DNA of 64,000 bases from Gemmatimonadales bacterium (GTDB lineage: Bacteria; Gemmatimonadota; Gemmatimonadetes; Gemmatimonadales; GWC2-71-9). The position numbers and the translations under genes were made by a program. Within the stretch, counting starts at the first letter, position 1; every line of letters begins with the position of its first letter. This document shows positions 58,701 through 64,000 of this stretch, one piece after another. The notes under the pieces are model-generated. The model saw only the letters and a program-made list of their open reading frames with translations. It searched no databases and was not told the DNA's origin. The stretch is taken from the NCBI GenBank assembly GCA_037189525.1, contig JBBCJC010000002.1:800001-864000 (forward strand), given 5' to 3'.

Positions 58701-59242
58701 TGCTGGGAGGCAATGCCGGCGCCCAGGCGGCGGTGATTCCGATCGTGGCGAATAAGCTCGGCGGCGGACGGCCCAATCCCTTCCTGAGCGAACTGGTCCG
58801 GACCGCGCCGGCCGCTCCGTCTGCTCGAGGGAACATCCGCGCTCGGCTCGGCGAGGTCGCGCCCGATCAGCGTCTGCCGATGTTGATCGATCATCTGCGC
58901 GGGCAGCTCGCGCAGGTGCTGGCGCTCGACCTCGCCGCGGTCGACGCCGACCGGTCTATCGTCGAGTTGGGTCTCGACTCGCTGATGGCGATGGAGCTGC
59001 GGAATCGTCTGGAGTCGCAGCTCAAGCTTGCCGTCCCGGTTGCGGACCTCCTCGAAGGTCCGTCGCCCCGCCGGCTCGCAACCATCGTGGCCGATCGGAT
59101 GCAGCTGGGCACCGATGCCGGCTCCGAAACCAGCGCCGAAGACGAAGCGGCGCGACTGCTGGAACAGATCGACGAGCTTTCCGAGGCAGATCTGGATGCG
59201 CAGCTCGCTCGGCTGCTGGCCGAACGGGGCGATCCGTCGTAG
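52721..59242 (+). CDS. PKS8: KS-AT(malonyl)-DH-ER-KR-ACP with C-terminal docking helix, no TE (about 2173 aa)
   Basis: ATG 52721 follows the PKS7 stop after a 4-nt gap. KS DTACSSS; AT GHSIG, HAFH; DH DHRIYDVALFP and HPALLDAALQ; ER HAATGGVG; KR GGLGGLG, LDD, GQSSYAAGN; ACP GLDSL; ends LLEQIDELSEADLDAQLARLL. Confidence 0.95.
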   Translation: MTDPKTDRGTDAAALRRALGAIRDLRSRLDQAERASREPIAVVGLGCRFPGGADTPERLWEILENRRDVVREVPRDRWDIDAFYDPNPEAVGRMYCRDGGFLDSPLDRFDSRFFAMPPREARSLDPQQRLILETSWEALEHAGIAPASLAGTDVGIFVGVSSSDYGMMRQRYADGKELDPYMGTGGAFSTVSGRVGHFLGVHGPNLILDTACSSSLVTIALAVQSLRAGACSLALAGGVNVMLSPYTTVLMCNLRALSPTGRCRSFESRADGYVRGEGAGMVALKRLSDAERDGDRIMAVIRGVAINHDGRSSGLTVPNGAAQQRVIRAALEDAGLSPDEVQYVEAHGTGTALGDPIEVRALGEVFARGNGAPPLLVGAIKTNIGHLEAAAGISGVAKCLLALEHDLIPPQIHFETPSPHVDWEAVGVRVVAEPTAWRPGRRIAGISGFGISGTNAHLIFESAPARTREPAAPYPIQVVPVSGVTTQAVADLAGRFADRLDAAPLPLGDVAATAALGRSHFDTRAAIVAADAEEAAGKLRRLAAGTGDGVVTGTVGAAPRIAFMFTGQGSQYVGMARALYQSLPAFRAAVDRCAESIDPRLTVPLRQALFEGDDNAQAAIHQTALTQPALFVVEYALADVLRGLGIRPDVVLGHSIGEYVAAVVAGALPLEQALALVVERGRLMQSTAAGGAMAAVALDQTSVAALCAQHGVDLAAVNGPASCVIAGAAEAVDAAVAAAKARGARATRLTVSHAFHSRLMDPILDAFEQAAEGLTATDPAVPVISNRTAAALTRQQLQDPKYWRDHLRGTVRFADGVAELARRGVDLVVEIGPTPALTPAATESYPESSVRWLSTLRKGRDDWRAFGECLAGLYVAGAPIDWKRWIGPQNGERVPMPSYPFQSEPLWIGWTPPRPFDVEWSERKGGALIRQSGHHPLIGGRLDSAMTIHQGAIDLSELPYLADHRIYDVALFPGTGFLEVALASLGDGQQTDLPLVRNVSVVQPLLLDDDAPSALQVVRSPDGRQLQIFGRAGQDGGDATWTLHASAEIGDRFAGPAADIKSVESVAARCDERIDVAAHYARLAEVGANYGPAFQGIAQLTRHDGEALARLALPASVRDGAADYLVHPALLDAALQALSAAVPTDVASGLTEIFVPVGMEQVRVHRAGVADAWCHVTLTTALSAASDSLRADIVLTADDGAPVIEIRGLEARRISRATLVRLLGARAERALTYEVAWRAVDAPAAPSDESKGSWLIVGDDASLTADLAGELGRLGHRVHRAAFGTVLDTGSETWTVDPTDPSQVRSLVDALHAGGATVRGVAYLPEAHDALASDQNDDAALRRSRQLAGLFHLAQQLADGRGWLLTRGATPAAGTVPDPDQAALWGLAGVAAAEYPSTGWRRIDLDPALASPDNAVRAAAALLATDEETQIALRGAVRYAPRLVRKTVTPVSDAVSLEIRNRGMLENLSLDALNRAAPGPREVEIQVHASGLNFRDVLNALGMYPGDPGPLGNEVAGIVTAIGAEVTTLSLGDEVIAMPRRGMASYVIASETLTVRKPASLSFAEAATIPVTFLTADFSLHRLAKLAPGQRVLIHAATGGVGMAAIQLAKRAGAEIIGTAGSPAKRALARQLGADHVFDSRSVSFASDVEQLVGSRGVDVAVNSLAGDFIPATLRLIREGGHFIELGKTGVWDEASVAREYPGVGYHVFFLGEVAVTDPELVRSRLLALLADFESGALTPLPQHVFPLSEAIDAFRFMAQAKHTGKVVLTQRHGPIVRDDASYLITGGLGGLGLAVTGWLADQGARHLALIGRRAPSAEAADTLAALRDRGVRVEVFQADISVAADVARVMDRVKATMPALRGVVHAAGVLDDRTIAEQQWASFPVALAPKVDGSLNLHRATAGLPLDFFVLFSSVAPLFGSPGQSSYAAGNSFMDGLAHARRGRGLPALSINWGSWAEVGMAAGVDEAHRRRWASMGMEMLRPDEALATLGRLLGGNAGAQAAVIPIVANKLGGGRPNPFLSELVRTAPAAPSARGNIRARLGEVAPDQRLPMLIDHLRGQLAQVLALDLAAVDADRSIVELGLDSLMAMELRNRLESQLKLAVPVADLLEGPSPRRLATIVADRMQLGTDAGSETSAEDEAARLLEQIDELSEADLDAQLARLLAERGDPS

Positions 59243-59266
59243 CTCATCGCGCGGCTCGAACATGCA

Positions 59267-59303
59267 AGAAGGGGCCGGTCTCTGTGTGAGACCGGCCCCT
59301 TCT
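59267..59303. terminator. Probable bidirectional terminator hairpin closing the PKS operon
   Basis: Perfect 16-bp stem AGAAGGGGCCGGTCTC-TGTGT-GAGACCGGCCCCTTCT between the convergent PKS8 and amidohydrolase stops; U-tracts are short. Confidence 0.8.
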
Positions 59304-59322
59304 CAATCTGATGCACTATGTC

Positions 59323-60609
59323 CTACTGGGCGGCAGGGCCTTTGACCACCTTGCCCGCGTGCATCACCCAGCTGACCCGCTCCGTTACCGTGATGTCCTG
59401 GAGCGGATCGCCGGGCACGGCAATCAGGTCTGCCAGCCGCCCGGCCTCGATCACACCGCGGTCGGTCTTGCCCAACGCATCCGCTGCGTTCACCGTGGCC
59501 GTGCGCAGGGCATCGATCGATGACAGCCCGTATTTGACGTAGAGCGCCAGCTCCTTGGCATTCTCGCCGTGCGGGTAGACGCCGGCATCCGTTCCGAACC
59601 CGATCTTCACGCCCGCCGCGATGGCTTTCTTGAGGCTCTCTTGCGCAATCGGCAGGATCGTCTCCGCTTTCTTGCGGATCAGGGCAGGCAGCACGGCAAG
59701 ATTGATCCGTCCGACGAGATAGGTGGTCGGAACCAGATAGGTACCGTGCTGCTTCATCAGCTGGATCGCCTCGTCATCGAGTTCCGAGCCGTGCTCGATC
59801 GAGGTGACGCCGGCGCGCACCGCCGCTTTGATCCCGGCGTTGCCGTGCGAATGGGCCGCCACGCGGACCCCGTGGCGCGCGGCCTCATCCACCATCGCCT
59901 TGAGTTCTTCGTAGCTGTACTGCTGCGCGCCAACCGGACCCTCGAGCGACAGGACGCCGGCGGTTGCGCAGGTCTTGATGACTTGCGCCCCGTGCTTGAT
60001 CTGATACCGGACGGCCCGGACCACGTCCCACGGCCCATCCGCCACGCCATCCTCGACGCGCTGCTCCAGCACACCGGGCGCGAATCCGGTCAGGTCGCAA
60101 TGTCCGCCCGTAATGCCGAGCGCGTTGCGGGAGGGAATCACGTGCGGGCCGGTGATGATCCCCTTCTCGATGGCATGGCCGAGCGCCACGGTGTTGTCGC
60201 CGCCGAAATCGCGGACCGTGGTCACGCCCGCGTTGATGGTCCGCAGGGCGTACTGCACCGTGTTGAACGCTTCGGCGGCCGGCGTCGTCGTCGCGGCGGC
60301 GGTAAACGAGCTCGCGCCGATTTCCCCGGAAAGGTGGGTGTGCAGGTCGATCAGGCCGGGCAGCAGCGTCACGTCGCCCAGATCGATGGTGCGCGCGCCG
60401 CGGGGGGCCGAGGCCGGATTGACGGCCTTGATCCGGTCGCCCTCGATCACGAGGACGGGGTTGCGCACCAGCTGGCCTCCGACCACGTCGACCATTCGGG
60501 CGGCGCGGATCACGATCGGGGTGGCAGCTTGCTGCGCGCCGAGTGGCGTGATCTCGCCTGCTGCGCTGGTGAGGATCAGGGCGGACAGGGCGACTGCGGA
60601 CAGACGCAT
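59323..60609 (-). CDS. Secreted metal-dependent amidohydrolase (Xaa-Pro dipeptidase / carboxypeptidase-like, HutI-related superfamily)
   Basis: N-terminal signal-peptide-like segment; PGLIDLHTH, GVTTVRD, IKTCATAGV, AAHSHG, SIEHG and FGTDAG binuclear metal-site motifs. Confidence 0.9.
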   Translation of the reverse strand: MRLSAVALSALILTSAAGEITPLGAQQAATPIVIRAARMVDVVGGQLVRNPVLVIEGDRIKAVNPASAPRGARTIDLGDVTLLPGLIDLHTHLSGEIGASSFTAAATTTPAAEAFNTVQYALRTINAGVTTVRDFGGDNTVALGHAIEKGIITGPHVIPSRNALGITGGHCDLTGFAPGVLEQRVEDGVADGPWDVVRAVRYQIKHGAQVIKTCATAGVLSLEGPVGAQQYSYEELKAMVDEAARHGVRVAAHSHGNAGIKAAVRAGVTSIEHGSELDDEAIQLMKQHGTYLVPTTYLVGRINLAVLPALIRKKAETILPIAQESLKKAIAAGVKIGFGTDAGVYPHGENAKELALYVKYGLSSIDALRTATVNAADALGKTDRGVIEAGRLADLIAVPGDPLQDITVTERVSWVMHAGKVVKGPAAQ

Positions 60610-60647
60610 GGATTCCTCCGAAGGGCAATCAACGAATATCGTGGGTC

Positions 60648-60679
60648 ACAAAGAAAACGGGGGGCTTGGGGGCCCCCCG
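60648..60679 (-). terminator. Intrinsic terminator downstream of kgd/sucA
   Basis: 8-bp GC stem CGGGGGGC/GCCCCCCG (60658-60679) followed on the minus strand by TTTTCTTTGT, starting 12 nt after the kgd stop. Confidence 0.8.
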
Positions 60680-60690
60680 CGGGAGTCGCG

Positions 60691-63600
60691 TCAGGTCAGT
60701 GCTTCGTTGACGATCCGTTCCTGCTCGATCGCATGCGCGTAGGTGTTGCCCTCGGCCGGGCTGGCCCGATCGGGCCGGCCGACATACCGGAGTGACATCC
60801 GTTCGGGCAGGAGCCGGTGCAGGCGCGGCGCGACGAAGGTCCAGGCGCCCATGTTGCGCGGCTCTTCCTGGCACCAGACGAGTTCGGTCGCGTTGGGATA
60901 CGCGGCCAGGGCCTCGCTGACCTCGGATTCCGGGAAGACGTAGAGCTGTTCCACCCGTACCAGCGCCGGACGCGGGCTGCTGGACTTTTCGGCCGCCGCC
61001 AGCAGATCGTAGTAGACCTTGCCCGAGCACATCACCACGCGCGTGACCGCATCGGCCTGTTGCAGCGCCGTCGGGTCGTTCAAGACCGGATGGAACTTGC
61101 CTTCCGAGAGCTCGCTCAGCGTGGACGAGGCCTGGGACAGACGCAACAGGCTCTTGGGTGTGAAGATCACCATCGGCCGCTGCCGCTTGCGGTGTGCCTG
61201 CTGGCGCAGCGTGTGGAAGTACTGCGCCGACGTGGTGCAGTTGCGGAGGCGTATGTTGTCTTCGGCTGCGAGCTGGAGGAACCGTTCCATCCGGGCGCTC
61301 GAATGCTCGGGGCCCTGGCCTTCGTACCCGTGCGGCAGCAGCAGCGTGAGGCGCGAGGTGACACCCCACTTCGACAGACTCGCCGTCATGAACTGGTCGA
61401 CGATGACCTGGGCGCCGTTGATGAAGTCGCCGAACTGCGCTTCCCAGAGCACCATCGCTTCGCGCGCCGCAACGTTGTAGCCGTACTCGAAACCCAGCGT
61501 CGCGAGCTCGGAGAGCGGGCTGTTGTGTACTTCGAACGACGCCGTGGCGCCCGGCAGATGTTGCATCGGGCAGGTCGTGGCGCCGTTGACGGCGTCGTGC
61601 AGGACCAGATGGCGATGGCTGAACGTGCCGCGCTCCGAGTCCTGTCCGGTCAGCCGGATCGGAATTCCCTCGGTCACCAGCGAGGCAAAGGCGAGCGCTT
61701 CGGCATGGCCCCAGTCGATTCCGCCCTCCGGACCCATCGTCGTACGGCGACGCTCCAACTGGCGGACCAGCTTCGGGTGGACCGTGAAGCCTTCCGGGTA
61801 GGTGAGCAGCTGATCGTTGAGCGCAATCAGCGTTTCCGCCGGGACCGCCGTTACCGGCTCCTCGCGCGAGACCTTGTTCGGCGGGGCTTCGGCCTGCGCG
61901 GGCTGTGCCTGCGAGGCCTTGAATCGCTGCTGCAGGTCGACCAGATGCTGATAGGCCGCTTCATACCGGCGCTCGGCGTCCTCGGCGGTGAGGATGCCCT
62001 CGCTGACCAGGCTTGCCGCGTATCGGGCGCGAACGGTGGGATGGTTCTTGATCCGTTCGTACATCGTCGGCTGGGTGTAGCCGGGTTCGTCGCCCTCGTT
62101 GTGGCCGTGGCGCCGATAGCCGACCAGGTCGATCACGACGTCTTCGCGGAACCGCTCTCGATACATCATGGCCAGGCGTACGGCAGCCAGGCAGGCTTCC
62201 GCATCGTCGGCATTGACGTGGATGATCGGAATGTCGAAGCCCTTGGCCAGATCGCTGGCATGCTGGGTCGACCGCGAATCGAGCGCGTCGGTGGTAAAGC
62301 CGACCTGATTGTTGGTGATGATGTGGATCGTGCCGCCCGTCGCGTAGCCGCGCAGCACGCCCAGGTTGAGCGTTTCCTGGACCACGCCCTGGCCGGCGAA
62401 GGCGGCGTCGCCATGGATGACGATCGGCAGCGCAGCCGTCGGGTCATGATAGCCGCCGCCACTCTTCCGCTGGGTCTGCTTGGCGCGTGCCCAGCCGTCG
62501 ACCACGGGGCCGACGAACTCGAGATGGCTCGGGTTGTGGGCCAGGGACACGGCAATCGACCGGCCCGTCTTCGACACGAACGCGCCCTCGGCGCCGTGAT
62601 GATACTTGACGTCGCCGGTGCCGACGTCTTCACCTTCTTCGCCCGGCTTCTTGCCGTCGAACTGCGCAAAGACGGTGACATAGGGACGGCTCAGCGTGTG
62701 GACCAGCACGTTGAGACGGCCCCGGTGCGCCATACCCAGCCCGACGTCGCGGGCGCCCTGCTCGGCGGCCATCTCGATCGCGGTGTCGAGCATCGGAACC
62801 AGCAGGTCGACGCCCTCGATCGAGAACCGCTTCTGGCCCAGGTAGGCCTTGTGCAGGAAGCGCTCGAACGCCTCGACCTGGATCAGCCGGTCGAGCAGGG
62901 TGAGCTTGGCATCGCGGTCGAGCGGAACCCGATGGGTGCCGGATTCGATCTGCTGGCGGAGCCAGACCCGCTGGTCGTGACTCGCCAGATGCTCGACTTC
63001 GTAGGCGAGGGTTCCGCAGTAGGTCGCATGCAGGTTCGGCAGCGCCTCCGCCAGCGTCGCGCCCGGGACGGCGGTGCGCAGGATGCTCGACGGGATCCGC
63101 GCCATCCGCGCTTCATCGAGGCCAAGTGACGTCGGATCCATCGCGGAGTCGCCGATGGGGGTGCCGCTCAGCGGGTCGAGCCGCGCGGCCAGATGCCCGT
63201 GGGTCCGGAAGCCCTTGAGCAGGCTCATGGCGGCGGATACGGCTTCCAGGTCGTCCAGCGTCGCGGCGGCGCCGTACGCCGCGCTCGGCCGCCCGGTCCG
63301 CGCCACCGGCGCAGTCGGGGCCGGGGCGACGGCCTCGGCGGCCGGCGCCGCGCCGAGTTGCACACCGAGCGACGCCGCCACGGCGGCGTAGAAGTCGTCC
63401 TGGCCCTGGAGCATTTGCTCCATGGTGCGCAGGAACTCGCCCGATTCGGCGCCCTGGATGATCCGATGATCGTAGGTGCTGGTGATCATCATCACCTTCG
63501 ACACGCCCAGCGCTTTGACGGCCTCCGCCGACAGGTTGCTGTACTCGGGCGGGTAGCCGATGGCGCCGACGGCGATGATGCTGCCCTGGCCCGCCATCAG

Positions 63601-64000
63601 CCGAGGCACCGAAGCCACCGTCCCGATCCCGCCGGGATTGGTGAGCGACATGGTGGCGCCCGCGAAGTCATCCGGCATCAGCTTGCTGGTGCGGGCCTTC
63701 TCGATCAGCGTTTCATAGGCCGCGTGGAATCCGGCAAAATCGAACTGCTCGGCATGCTTGATGACCGGGACCACCAGTCCGCGGCTGCCGTCCTTGCGCT
63801 GCGCATCGACCGCGATGCCCAGATTGACGCCGGCCGGATCGACCCGGTGCGGGGCGCCGTCCACGGAGGCGAACGTATGGGTCATGACCGGATGGGTTGC
63901 CGCCGCGCGGACCAGCGCGTACCCGATCAGGTGCGTGAACGAAATCTTGGTGTCGCGGCCCGCCGCCTTGAGCGCGTTGTTGAGGGCGGTCCGGTTCTGC
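60691..64000 (-). CDS. kgd: Multifunctional 2-oxoglutarate dehydrogenase/decarboxylase, E2-like acyltransferase fused to E1 (Kgd/OdhA type); 5' end beyond the window
   Basis: E2-like motifs KISFTHLIGYA (read upstream of the ORF-track start; frame stays open to 64000) and TYDHRIIQGAESG. E1 motifs GMAHRGRLN, GDVKYH, HGDAAFAGQG, WEAQFGDF, HGYEGQGPEHSS. Confidence 0.95.
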   Translation of the reverse strand, partial: QNRTALNNALKAAGRDTKISFTHLIGYALVRAAATHPVMTHTFASVDGAPHRVDPAGVNLGIAVDAQRKDGSRGLVVPVIKHAEQFDFAGFHAAYETLIEKARTSKLMPDDFAGATMSLTNPGGIGTVASVPRLMAGQGSIIAVGAIGYPPEYSNLSAEAVKALGVSKVMMITSTYDHRIIQGAESGEFLRTMEQMLQGQDDFYAAVAASLGVQLGAAPAAEAVAPAPTAPVARTGRPSAAYGAAATLDDLEAVSAAMSLLKGFRTHGHLAARLDPLSGTPIGDSAMDPTSLGLDEARMARIPSSILRTAVPGATLAEALPNLHATYCGTLAYEVEHLASHDQRVWLRQQIESGTHRVPLDRDAKLTLLDRLIQVEAFERFLHKAYLGQKRFSIEGVDLLVPMLDTAIEMAAEQGARDVGLGMAHRGRLNVLVHTLSRPYVTVFAQFDGKKPGEEGEDVGTGDVKYHHGAEGAFVSKTGRSIAVSLAHNPSHLEFVGPVVDGWARAKQTQRKSGGGYHDPTAALPIVIHGDAAFAGQGVVQETLNLGVLRGYATGGTIHIITNNQVGFTTDALDSRSTQHASDLAKGFDIPIIHVNADDAEACLAAVRLAMMYRERFREDVVIDLVGYRRHGHNEGDEPGYTQPTMYERIKNHPTVRARYAASLVSEGILTAEDAERRYEAAYQHLVDLQQRFKASQAQPAQAEAPPNKVSREEPVTAVPAETLIALNDQLLTYPEGFTVHPKLVRQLERRRTTMGPEGGIDWGHAEALAFASLVTEGIPIRLTGQDSERGTFSHRHLVLHDAVNGATTCPMQHLPGATASFEVHNSPLSELATLGFEYGYNVAAREAMVLWEAQFGDFINGAQVIVDQFMTASLSKWGVTSRLTLLLPHGYEGQGPEHSSARMERFLQLAAEDNIRLRNCTTSAQYFHTLRQQAHRKRQRPMVIFTPKSLLRLSQASSTLSELSEGKFHPVLNDPTALQQADAVTRVVMCSGKVYYDLLAAAEKSSSPRPALVRVEQLYVFPESEVSEALAAYPNATELVWCQEEPRNMGAWTFVAPRLHRLLPERMSLRYVGRPDRASPAEGNTYAHAIEQERIVNEALT

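Overview
GC-rich bacterial window. Almost all of it (796-59242, about 58 kb) is one apparently complete hybrid cis-AT polyketide / NRPS biosynthetic gene cluster arranged as two divergent operons. Plus strand (7899-59242, about 51 kb, nearly all junctions are stop/start overlaps): a type II thioesterase, eight single-module type I PKS proteins, and an EamA/DMT transporter between PKS6 and PKS7. Four modules carry embedded SAM C-methyltransferases and five carry enoylreductases. There is no loading module and no PKS thioesterase. Minus strand (7281-796): a one-module NRPS (C-A-PCP-TE), a PvdE/SyrD-type ABC exporter and an Sfp-type PPTase. The NRPS has a Lys2/McyE-like DPRH adenylation pocket, and its TE has Cys in place of the catalytic Ser and no His at the usual position. 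The inferred product is a heavily reduced, polymethylated long-chain acyl group joined to one acidic amino acid, released by unusual chemistry. I do not recognise it as a characterised cluster, but no database search was run. Flanks look like ordinary chromosomal genes: transketolase (partial) and an HNH protein on the left; a secreted amidohydrolase and a fused Kgd/OdhA-type 2-oxoglutarate dehydrogenase (partial) on the right. Host is tentatively Gemmatimonadota-like (inference). No rRNA, tRNA, CRISPR array or transposase was seen.
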